From Torpedo marmorata (taxonomy: Eukaryota): a stretch of 64,000 nt of DNA. This document shows positions 25,545 to 37,952 of the stretch, piece after piece. The stretch spans positions 120,652,001 through 120,716,000 of the forward strand of contig OZ360222.1 of the NCBI GenBank assembly GCA_977017645.1. The letters run 5' to 3'. Positions within the stretch are counted from its first letter, which is position 1; each line of letters starts with the position of its first letter. Under the pieces are notes generated by a model that was not told the origin of the DNA, did not search any database, and saw only the letters and a program-made list of their open reading frames with translations. The translations under genes were made by a program, and so were the position numbers.

Positions 25545-27612
25545 ATCACAGAAGTACCGTAATGTGGAGGATGTTTAGGGACCACTTGCGCGGGGTTCTG
25601 GATAGGTTTGTCCCACTGAGACAGGAAAAAGATGGTAGGAAAAGAGAACTGTGGTTGACAAAATAGGTGAAGCAGCCAGTTAAGAGGAAGCATACATTAG
25701 ATTTAGGAAGCAAAAAACAGGAAGGGCTCATGAGAATTATATGGTAGCCAAGAAGGAACTGAAGAAAGGACTTGGGAGAGCGAGAAGGGGGCATGAGAAG
25801 GCCTTGGCAAGTAGAATTAAGGAAAACCTTCAGGTGTTCTGTGCTTGCGTGAAGAACAGAAGAATGACGAGAGTGAAGCTAGGGCCGCTTAGGATAAAGG
25901 AAACAACATGTGCCTGGAGGCAGAGGAGGTTGGGGAGGTCGTAAATAAATACCTTGCTTCAGTATTCACCAGAGAAAAGGACCTTGGTCAAGGTGAGGTC
26001 AGAATAGAACAAGGTTGTGTGCTGGACCATGTTGAAATTGAGAAAGAAGTGCTGAATCATCTTAAAAACAATAGGATTGATAAGTCGCCGGGTCCGGATG
26101 AGATGTACACCAGGTTGCAATGGGAAGGGAGCAAAGAGATTGCTGGGGCGTTGGCAATGATCTTTATGTCCTCGTTGTCCACAGGGGAGGTGCCAGAGGA
26201 TTGGGGAATTGCAAATGTGGTTTCTTTGTTTAAAAAGGTAATGGGGAGTATCCTGGTAATTATAGACCAGTGAGCCTTGCATCAATGGTGGGCAAACTAT
26301 TGGAGAGGATTCTTAAGGACAGGATTTACAAGCATTTAGAGAATACAGTCTTCTCATAGATAGTCAGCATGGCCTTAAGAGGGGAAGGTCATACCTCATG
26401 AGCCTAATTCAGTTTTTTGAGGAGGTTACAAAAGAAATTGATGAAGGTAGGCTGGTAGATCTGGTGCATATGGACTTTAGTAAGGGATTTGACAAGATTT
26501 CTCCCCCCACCCCCTCGGGAAACTTGTTCAGAAAGTCATGAGGCATGGGATCCACGGAACCTTGGCTGTGTGGATTCAGAAATGGCTTTCCTTGGGAAGC
26601 AGAGAGTAGAAGTGGACGGAAAGTATTCTGCCTGGAGGACAATGACGAGTGGAGTTCCGCAGGGATCTGTTCTGGGACCCTTGTTCTTTATGATTTTTAT
26701 AAATGACCTGGACGAAGAAGTAGAGGGATGGGTCAGTTTGTTGATGATACGAAGGTTTGGAGGTATTGTGGATAGTGTTGAAGGTTGGCATAGGTTACAA
26801 CAGGATATAGACAGGATACAGAGTTGGGCAGAAATGGCAAATCGATAAGTGTGAGGTGATGCATTTTGGAAGGTCAAAGTTGAAGGCAGAGTACATGGTT
26901 AATGGTAGGATGGTTAACAGTGTGGAAGAACAGAGGGACCTTGGGGTCCAAATCCATACATCTCTCAAGGTTGCCGCGCAGGTTGATAGGATAGTTAAGA
27001 AGGCCAATGGGATGCTGGGCTTCATTAGTCAGGGGATTGAGTTCAAGAGTCATGAAAAAATGTTGCAGCTCTATAAATCTCTGGTGAGACCACACTTAGA
27101 ATATTGGGTTCAGTCTGGTCACCTCATTACAGGAAGGATGTGGAAGCTATGGAGAGGGTACAGTGGAGATTTACTAGGATGTTGCCTGAATTGGAAAATA
27201 TGTCTTATGAGGCAAGATTAGCAGAGCTGGGACTTTTCTCTTGGAGCGAAGAAGGGTGAGAGGTGACTTAATAGAGGTCTACAAGATGGAGATGCAAAGA
27301 TAAGGTAGACAGCCAGCACCTTTTTCCCAGGGCAGGAGTAGCAAACAGAGGACATCTGTACAAAGTGAAGGGAGGAAATTTAGGGGAGACATCAGGAGTA
27401 AGTTTTTTTTAAACAGAGTTGTGGTTGCCTGGGGATGGTGGTGGAGGCTGGAACAATAGGGGCATTTAAAAGATTCTTAGACAGGCACATGTTTGAATGA
27501 AAAATAGAGAATTATGAGGTAGGGATGGTTTAGTTTTTTTTGGTTGGTGTATATATAGGTCGGCACAACATCGTTGGCTGAAGGGCCTGTTCTGTGCTGT
27601 AATGTTCTATTA
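25545..27612 (+). mobile_element. 5'-truncated degenerate CR1 LINE
   Basis: KSPGPD, SGVPQGSVLGP and RPHLEY motifs; CR1 3' end. Confidence 0.9.
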
Positions 27613-27680
27613 CAATCAGAAGATTTTGGTGTAATACAAAAGAAAAATTGTAGTTATTTTGGGGAAGAATTGAGTACTGT

Positions 27681-30600
27681 GTTGGAGTGGGAGGAGCGAC
27701 TGGTGACTAGTGCTTGGTGAGTAAGTATTTTGTGGAGTTGTAAAATTGTTTAAAAAGGGAGCTTTTTCGGGCCTAGGTCTTTTCAGTTGCGTTGGAGTGG
27801 GAGGAGCGACTGGTGACTAGTGCTTGGTGAGTAAGTATTTTTTGGAGTTGTAAAATTGTTTAAAAAGGGAGCTTTTTCGGGCCTAGGGCTAGGTTAAGTG
27901 GTGATTAGTAGTCGTAAGAAATTTTGTATTAGAGTTAATTAGCAGTGACCTATAAAAGGAAGGGAAGTTGAGGGAGCGGCCAGTGAGTGAGTGGCATAGG
28001 GAAGGAGTGGAGCTCTGAGGCTTTGGCTCAAGAGGCTTCGGAGAGAAGAGGCTGAGGAAGGTTTGCTGGACGAGATTGGAGCTCCCGGTTGGTATGTTGC
28101 CTTCCAGGTGCCAGGGCCAGGGATGTCTCTGATCGAGTACTCAGCATTCTGGAGGGGGAGGGCGAGCAGCCAGGTGTCGTGGTCCACGTGGGGACCAATG
28201 ACATAGAAAGAAATGGGGATGAGGTCCTGAAGAAGGAATATAAGGAGTTAGGAAGGAAGTTAAAAAGCAGGACCTCGAGGGTGGTAATCTCAGGATTGCT
28301 GCCTGTGCCACGCGCTAGAGAGGGTAGGAATAGGAAGATGTGGAGGATGAATGCGTGGCTAAAGAATTGGTGCTGGGGGCAGGGGTTCACATTTGTGGAT
28401 CATTAGGATCTCTTCTGGGGAAGGTCTGACCTGTACAAAAGGGACAGGCTGCACTTGAACTGGAGGGGGACCAATATCCTGGCAGGCAGCTTTGCATGAG
28501 CTGTTGGGGAGGGTTTAAACTAGTTTGGCAGGGGGTGGGAATCAGAATGTAAATGCGGAGAGTAGGGTAGAAGAACACCTAGATTTGAAGGAAGAGAGGA
28601 ACCAGAATGTTAAAGTTAATGAAGGAGAGGGTAATCAAAGGAGTGTATGTGGGGGGGGGGACATTCTCTCAAGTGTATATATTTCAATGCAAGAAGCAAT
28701 GTAAGAAAGGTGGATGAGCTGAGAATATGGATTGATACATGGAAATATGATATTGTAGCCATCAGTGAAACTTGGTTGCAGGAGGGGCATGATTGGCAGC
28801 TAAATATTCCTGGATTCCGTTGTTTTAGGCGTGATAGAACAGGGGGGATAAAAGGTGGAGGGGTCGCAGTGCTTGTTAGAGAAAGCATTACAGCGGTGCT
28901 ATGGCAGGATAGATTGGAGGGCTCGTCCAGTGAGGCTATTTGGGTGGAATTGAGGAATGGGAAAGGCATAAAAACACTAATGGAGTGTATTATAGACCAC
29001 CGAATGGGCAGAGGGAATTAGAGGAGGAAATTTGTAAGGAGATAGAATATATGTGTAATAAGCATAAGGTGGTGATTATAGGTGATTTTAACTTTCCACA
29101 TATTGACTGGGACGCCCATACTGTAATAGGGCAGGATGGGTTGGAGTTTGTCAAATGTGTTCAGGAAAGTTTTCTCAATCAATACATAAAAGAACCGACG
29201 AGAGAGGGGGCAGTATTGGATCTCCTATTTGGGAACGAGATAGGTCAGGTGACAGAGGTTTGTGTTGGGGAACACTTTGGGTCCAGTGATCATAATACCA
29301 TTAGTTTTAGGTTGATAATGGAGAAGGATAGGGCTGGGCCTAAGGTTGAGATTCTTGATTGGAATAAGGCAAATTTTGAGGAGATGAGGAAGGATTTAGA
29401 GGGTGTGGATGGGATAATTTATTTTTAGGAAAGGATGTCACAGATAAATGGAGGATATTCAAAGGGGAAATTTTGAGAGTACAGAGTCAGTTCCTGAGGA
29501 TTAAAGGAAGAGTTAGAAAATATAGGGAGCCTTGGTTTTCAAAGGATATTGGGAATTTAGTTCGGAGGAAGAGGGATGTGTACAACAGGTATAGACAGCA
29601 GGGAATAAATGAGGTTCTTGAGGAATATAAGGAGTGTAAAAAAAATCTTAAGAAAGAAATTAGAAAGGCTAAAAGGAGATATGAGGCTGCTTTGGCAGGC
29701 AAGGTAAAAATAAATCCAAAGGGTTTCTACAGGTACATTAAAAGCAAAAGTATAGTGAGGGATAAAATTGGGCCCATTGAGGATCAGACGAGTAGGCTAT
29801 GTGAGAAGTCAGAGGAGATGGGAGAGATTTTAAATGAATTTTTTTCTTCAGTATTTACAAAGGAAAGGAATATTGAGCCAGGTGAAGTAAGGCAATCTGG
29901 CAGGGAGGTCATGGATAATATAAAGATTAATGAGGAGGTAGTATTGGTTATTTTAAAGAGTATAAAGGTGGCTAAATCTCCAGGTCCTGACAGGATATTC
30001 CTGAGGGAGGTTAGTGTACAAATAGTGGGGGCTCTGACAGAAATATTTAAAATGTCACTGGCCACGGGAGGTGCCGGAGGATTGGAGGGTAGCTTATGTT
30101 GTCCCGCTGTTTAAGAAGGGCTCCAAAAGTAAACCTGGAAATTATAGGCCTGTGAGTCTGACATCGGTGGTGGGTAAATTAATGGAGAGTGTTCTTAGAG
30201 ATGGTGTATACAGTTATTTGGAAAGACAAGCATTGATTAGGAGTAGTCAACACGGTTTTGTTCGTGGTAGATCATGTTTGACAAATCTCATAGAGTTTTT
30301 CGATGAGGTTACTAAGAGGGTTGTCGAGGGGAAGGCTGTGGATGTTGTCTATATGGACTTTAATAAGGCATTTGACAAGGTTCCGCATAAGAGGCTCGTT
30401 AGGAAGGTTCAAGCATTAGGTATTAACGACGAAGTAGTGAAATGGATTCAACAATGGTTGGATAGGAGATGCCAGAGAGTAGTGGTGGAAAATTGTTTGT
30501 CAAATTGGAGGCCGGTGACTAGTGGAGTGCCTCAGGGATCGGTACTGGGTCCATTGTTGTTTGTCATATATATTAATGATCTAGATGATAGGGTGGTAAA

Positions 30601-31534
30601 TTGGATTAGTAAGTATGCAGATGATACGAAGATTGGTGGTGTTGTGGACAGTGAAGAAGGATATCAAAGCTTGCAGGGGGATATTGGACAGTTAGAAGAG
30701 TGGGCGGAAACATGGCAGATGGAATTTAATAGTGATAAATGTGAGGTGCTACATTTTGGTAGGATTAATCAGCAAAGGTCATACATGTTAAATGGAAGAC
30801 AATTGAGAAGTGCAGTAGAACAGAGGGATTTAGGAATTCTGGTACATAATTCCCTGAAAGTTGAGGCACACGCAGATAGGGTGGTGAAGAAGGCATTTGG
30901 TATGTTGGCCTTCATAAATCAGAGTATTGAATATAGGAGTTGGGATGTCATGTTGAAGTTGTATAAGGCATTGGTGAGGCCAAATTTAGAATATTGTGTG
31001 CAGTTTTGGTCGCCGAATTACAGGAAGGATATAAACAGAAATAGAGAGAGTGCAGAGGAGATTTACAAGAATGTTGCCTGGGTTTCTGGGTTTGAGTTAT
31101 AAGGAAAGGTTGAACAGGCTGGGACTTTATTCCCTGGAGCGTAGAAGGTTGAGGGGTGATTTGATAGAGGTATTTAAAATTATGAAGGGGAAAGATAGTC
31201 AATGTGGACAGGCTTTTTCCATTGAGAGAGGAGAAGATTCAAACAAGAGGGCATGGATTGAGATTGAAGGGGGAAAAGTTTAGAGGAAACATGAGGGGGA
31301 ATTTCTTCACTCAGAGGGTGGTAGGAGGGTGGAACGAGCTTCCGGCAGAAGTGGTAGATGCAGGTTCAGTTTTAATGTTTAAGGAAAAGTTGGATAGGTA
31401 TATGGATGAGAGAGGTGTGAAGGGTTATGGGCCGTGTGCGGGTCAGTGGGACTAGGTGGGAGAATGTGTTCGGCATGGACTCGAAGGGCCAAACTGGCCT
31501 GTTTCTGGGCTGTAAATGTTATATGGTTATATGG
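27681..31534 (+). mobile_element. Near full-length CR1 LINE (5'UTR, SGNH-esterase part of ORF1, ORF2 APE-RT)
   Basis: HVGTND and LHLN esterase motifs at 28089-28470; APE motifs SETWL, GDFN, SDHN; RT motifs PQGSVLGP, YADD; (TTATATGG)-like tail; 110-bp 5' duplication. Confidence 0.93.
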
Positions 31535-31599
31535 CAAGTTAGTGGGGCTGAAGGCTGATGGATTTCCAGGATCTTATGGTGGTATTCTAGGATCCTAAA

Positions 31600-32450
31600 A
31601 GAAGGGTATGTAGTGGTTCTAAACTTCCAAAAATCCTTTGTCTTCAGAATTACTAGATGACTGGAAATCTCCTTGCTCAAAAACCGTATGCTGGTTAGCT
31701 TAATGTCCATGATTGGACTATTAAAATCAGTTGTTTAATCGTATTTTCAAAATATTTGAAAAGATATCTAATTGAGCACTGTCAGCATGGTTTCATGTCG
31801 GGGAAGTTATGTCTGACAAATTGATTTAAATTCTTCGAGGAAGTTTTAACCGGAGTGGGTAGAGGCGAACCAGTCGATATAATACATTTGGATTTTCAGG
31901 AGATGTTCACAGAGGGTGTTCCAAAAGGTTATTTTGTAAGGTACGAACGCAACACAAATTTAAGGGGAAAGTTATTAGCATGGAGGGAGGATTGATCAAC
32001 TGGCAGGAAGCAGCAAGTGGGGATAAAGGGGGTCATTTTTAAATTGCTAACTATCCAGTGGAGGTATTCAGTGCTCTGTGCTGCGACCACATCAATTTAC
32101 AATATAATTGATCAAGAGAAAAGAAACAAATGGACTTTGGTCACATTTGCAAATTATTCCAAAGAGGTGGAAAGGCAAGTGGTGAGGATAACACCAACAG
32201 TTCTCTGAAAGAGGATGCAACAAATTGACAAATGGATTATAATGTGGGAAAATATGTTCTTCATTTTGGAAGAAAGAATCTTAAAACAGTATTGAAAAGG
32301 AGAACAACAAAGCAACAGTAGAAAGGATTTTAGGGTGTTTTGGGGATTGGCATATCAGGTAGGGAAAGTGGACAAAAGGAAAGTTTCATCATTGATCTTG
32401 ATGCATGGCTAAGAAGGCTTGAGAGGTGTATGGCCTATCTCAGTTTCTAT
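31600..32450 (+). mobile_element. Highly decayed CR1-like RT fragment
   Basis: Remnants of CAGCATGGTTTC (QHGF) and TGTCTGACAAAT (CLTN). Confidence 0.55.
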
Positions 32451-32514
32451 TTCTAATGGTTTTTGTGTGGTTTAGTGCAGAAGAATGATACTGTGGACGT
32501 TTTGCATGTTAACC

Positions 32515-32992
32515 ACTATATATGCTGTTGTATAGGACGACTGTATTGGACGACCCTGCAATTTCTACCTAAAATGTTTGTTTTGAGCGATACCCTTTGT
32601 AAAAGACGATGACCCCAAATCTGGCACTTACCACTGACCAGTGGATTCTATTAAAAGCAAATCACAATATTTTAATAACAAATTATCATTTAAAGTTTAA
32701 ATTTTATTTGGATATTTTAAAATAAACCACTTGGCTCTTGTAACAGTTCCATTTATAGCCTGTACAGAGCCGACAGCAGTCGGACCAGGCAGATGGACCC
32801 CACGGAGGAGCGCTGAGACTTCGCAAATAACTAACGGGGCATGTGCGAGATTCCATCGGAGCTGGCAGGAAGATGGCGGCGGCGGTGTTGAGACCGTCGT
32901 CAAGGGAAGAATTTTAGACCCTTTGTATAGGATGACCCGATTTTAAGGTGAAATGTTTACGTTTCGGGTCATCTTTCCAACGGCATATACAG
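32515..32992. mobile_element. Old pogo-like MITE
   Basis: Imperfect inverted ends TATATGCTGTTG... / ...CAACGGCATATA; repeated GGACGACC-like subterminal motifs. Confidence 0.55.
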
Positions 32993-33819
32993 CAAAGCCA
33001 TGCTTGTTCTTGGACTCTGTGCCTCAATACTCTTTACTTGGCATTTTGGTATCTTGAACCTGAAAATACCACTTCCTGATATTTGACTGAATAGGACAGT
33101 AAAACTTCAACTGTTCCAATCTGTATTGATCAGCATCTTTGAGATTGCAATATTAATTTGGAGAATAATCTATTTAAAAATATTTTTGGGGATTTTTGGC
33201 CATCAGTTGCATTTATTCCAAGATGAAAGCAAAATGCTTTTGGAGCTTAGATTTTGCTCTCTACATTTTTATCAATTTCCTTTGATCACCATGTTAATTT
33301 AAAAATCATGATTTTAAATGCCCTTTAAAAAGTGCAGGGAAGACGATAGTGGAGCAATTGGCAGGAGTTTTTGGGAGTCATTAGGGAGGTAAATTGGGGG
33401 GAGTGGCATTGCTAATCAGGGAGGATGTTGTGGAAGGATTGTTGTCAGAGTATGGGTGGAAGTCAGAAGCAGGAAGGGAGTGATTCACAGGCCCTCAAAT
33501 AGCCACTAAGGAGCAGATTAGTCGGCAGATTTTGGAATGATTCAAAAATAACATTGTTGTTATGGGAGACCAATTTCCCTAATATTGACGGGCAATATGT
33601 TCAGATGGGGCATAATTTGTCAGGTTTGTCCAAGAAGGATTCCTGACACAATATGTGGACAGGCCAACTGGAGGAGAGCCGATACTGGGTAATAGGGTTC
33701 CCTTCCAATCAACTTCGGCCAGCTCTGCTCTCGTGACTTTACTTAACTGTAATAGCGACACATCCGATTTTAGCTTCTCTCCTTCAAACTGTAGAGTAAA
33801 TTCTATCATATTGTGATCA

Positions 33820-34174
33820 TGTAGCGGCCCGCGACCTTCTCAGCAGGCCGACACGGAGCCATGGTCGAACACGGCGATCGCGCAGGCGGCACGTTATTCG
33901 GAAGGCCCGTTCCCATAGGCCACAACGGCAAGGAGGGAACGGGCCAATCCCTAAGGATGGATCGTGGCCCGACCAATCCTGGGCGTCACGCCTTAGGCCA
34001 CGCCCCAACAGTGACGCAGCAGTCAGGCTCGGCCCGCCTATAAAAGGCAGAGCCGACGGTGGAATAGGCAGTTCTGTCTTGATGCTCAGAGGGTGTGCAT
34101 CTCCCTCTTGAGCTCCAGAACTAGAGCGACGACTAACTAGACGCGCAGAGCTATAACCGTAGTGACGCGCTACA
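33820..34174 (+). mobile_element. Solo LTR (355 bp) inserted in a CR1 fragment
   Basis: TGTAGCG...CGCTACA ends; 4-bp TSD ATCA; CCAAT, GC box and TATAAAA inside; CpG-rich. Confidence 0.85.
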
Positions 34175-35259
34175 ATCACTGCATTTTTAGGGTTTCTGTA
34201 CCATACCACCCTAATCAAATCCAGAATTGTCTTTTCCCTCGTCGGCTGTACCACAAGTCTTTATATAAAAAAAACCCAAAAAAAAACATCTTATGGGCAT
34301 TCTACATGCTTCATGAAACCCTGCCAGTTATTCATTTACTATGGCGCAAAAATACTTGCTAAAATTTTGGAAAATTAAAAAGTTAACTAGACAGTTACAT
34401 TGTGTATTATTTCCATCATGTGTTATTCCGCCGTCTATAAAAGTCAGTTATGTGTTGAGACAAATTTGTGGGAAATGTTGGTCTCGGCGACCATTTGAAT
34501 TTTTGTTAGTAAGACTTGCATTAAAAATAAAGACTAAAGTTTAAAAAAAAAAGACCTGTCTGTACCCTGATGTGCATAGGTGATGGGTGGATAAGAAACT
34601 ACAAAATGACACGTTTTCCCCACTCACAATTTGGTAGGGATTTAGATTGTTCCCTCCCCTAGCACTATAATTGGGATAACTAATTTGCCTCACCAGCTGT
34701 TTTTCTCGTGACCACTTGTATTCTGCTCAACATAGTCAAAATGTGATTTCATTTTGATTCTTGGGGAATCTGAAAGACGCAAGATAGACTTTCGATATTA
34801 TTTTCTGATCTCATTGTACGTTACTACTTAAATGGAGGAGCAATTAGTAATACATTTTTACCATTGCTTTTGTATGTTCCTTTAGAAATTATGATGCTTA
34901 CGGTAGTTACAGCAAAAGCAGTTTTCTGGTAATTGGGTTTTGAAATACAGTAGATATGTAACGGGCTGAGGTTTAATAATTGACCAGGTAAAGTGCATGT
35001 GGATGAAATTATGAAGCAAGTTTGCACAAACTAGATTTGAATTCCCTGCAATTTAGTCAAGTGATGTCTTGATTGGTTTTCAACCAAACTTACAAAGCAC
35101 AGGGTAGATAAAATAAATAAAATGCTGATTAGGGTGCTGAGGACAAGATGGCAGATAACAAAAATAAACCCAGATCTTTCACGATTAAGTGTAAGAAAAA
35201 AATTAAGAAGCATTGCAGCAAATTTAGGAAATATTAAATGCAAACATACTGGAACAAAA

Positions 35260-35695
35260 TAGTATCTGACAGCAGACTGAGACCACCTGCAAATTGGAGT
35301 AACAAAACCTTGTATTCCATCTGGGCACCCTCCAACCAGACAGCATTAACGTCAACTTCTCCGGTTTCAACTAACCTGCCCCCTATCTCTTTCTTTCCCA
35401 GTCCCTATGTCTCCTTTCTTCAAGCTCTGCATTCATAGAGCCATACCCCTCCCCAGATCAATTCTCCCCTGTCCTTCTATTCATATCCAATTATTGCTTT
35501 TTTACCTGTTGGCCTGTGCTCCTCCTCCCCCAGCGTTTTTAAACCTGCTTTTTGCTCATACCTTGAAGGACTTGGGCCCGAAACATTGTTAATATATCTT
35601 TACCTCCCATGGACGCTGCGAGACCTGCTGAGTTCCTCCAGCACTTTTGTTTTTACTACAATCACAGTGTCTGCAGTCTTTCATATTTCACTCTA
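35260..35695 (+). mobile_element. Penelope-like element 3' remnant
   Basis: Decayed GIY-YIG C-terminus (KLE*QNLVFHLGTLQPDSINVNFS), a pyrimidine tract and the CCCGAAAC...CCTGCTGAGTTCCTCCAGCA motif. Related remnants lie at about 42510-42700 (-), 52325-52410, 55165-55275 (-) and 57065-57520. Confidence 0.7.
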
Positions 35696-36029
35696 GTAGC
35701 TGACAAGTAAAGCTTTTGGATGTGAATTCATCATTCATCTGAATCCAAAAAGTTTGTTATATTGAGCTCTTATTTTTCAATTTAAAGACTAAATTCAACC
35801 TGCTGAAATACTTTTAAAGATGCTGTTTAGTTAGGTGTTTTTCCAACAATTAATGAATTTAAGTGTTAGAACATGGGAAAATAGTACTTCAGAAGCTTGT
35901 TCATAGACCAAAATTTTGTTGCATTGCAGTCTGTTCCAAGATTTAGTATATTTTTTGTGAATATTCTGAATCGGCCTTGGTTCCTGACCTTTATGTAGGC
36001 TTCCTTTTTCATTTTTAATTTTTTAAAAA

Positions 36030-36262
36030 ATTTAGACATACAGCACGGTAACAAGCCCTTTCGGCCCATGAGCCTGTGCTGCCCAATTACACCCAATTCA
36101 CCTACAACCCCATACATTTAGAAGGGTGGGAGGAAACCGGAGCCCCTGGGGAAAACCCACACAGACACTAGGAGAACGTACAAACTCCTTACAGACAGCG
36201 CGGGATTTGAGTCCCGGTTGCTAGCGCTGTAACAGTGTTGCGCTAACCGCTACGCTAACTGT
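36030..36262 (-). mobile_element. V-SINE (HE1-like)
   Basis: Reverse complement of the family at 24490 (GGGAGGAAACCGGAGC...CTCCTTACAGACAGCG). Confidence 0.85.
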
Positions 36263-36618
36263 TCCTTTCTGGGACACAGTTCCAGCATCTTAACCAAGAT
36301 AGCATTATTTAAGCATTGGTCTTGACACTGATTACCAGCAGGGTTTATAGTTTTTTAACAGTATTGTAACCGAGCCCAATTCTGTCTACAATCATGCATG
36401 TGTGAACTCTTCCAGCAAAGATTTCTGCATTAAATGAGCAATGGGGATCTTGATGTCTTTGGACTTTTAACACAAACGCTGTGATGGAAATTGGTTAACT
36501 CTGCACATATTGGATACTTGTCTCCTAATTGTATTGTTTAGGCTCAGTGCGTCATCCAGAGATATTATTTTGATCTTTCCTTCACTGCTTCATTGAGCAG
36601 TTTTGGTTTAGTTTAATA

Positions 36619-37394
36619 CAGGTAGTCCTCGACTTGCGACCTACGCGAGTTACATCTACCCTCCCATTTGACCGAAAAATTTTTTGTATTAAAAGTACTG
36701 TATATATGTTGAGATTCTTTATTAGAGTATTTACTTGAAGTTCATAAAAATCGCATCGCGAAAAAAGCGGGTTGCGCTAAATCGGGGTTTCAATAAAGCG
36801 TTGTAACAGTTGAAATTAAAACACAGATCAATGGCCGTCTTCGTTACCCATAATCCCCCATGCAGCTGGAACCGCTCTGCGTTTCCCTGGCACCTGCAGA
36901 GCGGTTCCAGCTGCGTGGGGGATTATGGGTGACGAAGATGGCCATTGATCTGTGTTTTAATTTCGAAGACATGTTCGGGGCGTCGGGAGCTCGGATGGAC
37001 AGGCGGCCCAGGCAAGGATCTGCGTTCGGGGGCGTCGGGAGCTCTGGTGGGCGGGTGGCTGAGGCGTCCGGAGCTCGCAATGGTGGGCGGTCGGGGCGTT
37101 TGGAGCTCCGATGAGCGGATGGCTGGTGCGTCGGGAGCTCGGATGGGCGGGCGGTCGGGGCGTCGGGAGCTCGGATGGGTGAGCTGTTTCATAAGGATGG
37201 GTTTCCCTTGAATTAGCTAGGACCAGAATCCAAGTAAATACACCAACTAGAGTTGGAAACAAGGCTTTAAACTGAAAATAATGTTGGTGGGGGTGGTAGC
37301 AGATATGCGCGGCAGGATGTATCCGACTTACGACCAATCTGAGTTACGACCACTCCTTCGGTCCCAATTACGGTCGTAAGTCGAGGACTACCTG
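36619..37394. mobile_element. Tigger-like MITE with an internal hairpin and GC-rich repeats
   Basis: TIRs CAGGTAGTCCTCGACTT.CGACC / GGTCGTAAGTCGAGGACTACCTG; TA TSD; CGTCGGGAGCTCGGATGG repeats at about 36975-37180. Confidence 0.9.
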
Positions 37395-37547
37395 TATAAA
37401 TTTTGAGAATAAAAATATTATGTATTATTTCTGTAATGTTAAGAGATGCTCAACAAAACTGCTTTGGTTTTTGTAACTGAAGACATTTTTCTCCTCGTAT
37501 TGGACTTCAGAGTCCCAGTGTAATGTAATGTTTTCCTCTCTCCTTAG

Positions 37548-37608
37548 GATCACGTCCCGCCTGTCCAGTTTGACTGGAGTAGCAGTGGCCTTACTAATCC
37601 TCTTGATG
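37548..37608 (+). CDS. AFTPH: Aftiphilin exon (DHVPPVQFDWSSSGLTNPLD)
   Basis: Pyrimidine tract plus TAG acceptor, GTACGT donor, 61 nt, phase 0 to 1; matches AFTPH PPVQFDWSSSGLTNPLD. Confidence 0.93.
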
Positions 37609-37952
37609 GTACGTCCCTGCATAGAACCTCTAGCACCAGAGCTAGAGTTAAGAAATCTATCAGACAGACTTCTCACTGCTGATTTATTCCTTCTTTCCAT
37701 TTCTTTCTCATTGTGGAAATCCAGGCTTTCTTTTAGCCTTGTTGATTTATGCTGGTCTTAATTACGTAAGCAATCAACACAAAAGTAAATAAGAATAGGT
37801 GAGCATTAGAAGGCTATTCGTGTTCTTCTAAGTCTACTAGCTGCTTTTGATCATTTTATTTCTATTAAGGTTACAAGTAACATAGTGTCCTAAATTGCAA
37901 TTATAGAAAACGGTTGGTTTCATAATTCCATTAATTATTAAAGACTTGAGTA

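Noticed and set aside
35555-35595. Functional hammerhead ribozyme in the Penelope remnants (also about 55240 and 57440)
   Set aside because: Only partial cores are present: GAAAC without an intact CTGANGA, or the reverse
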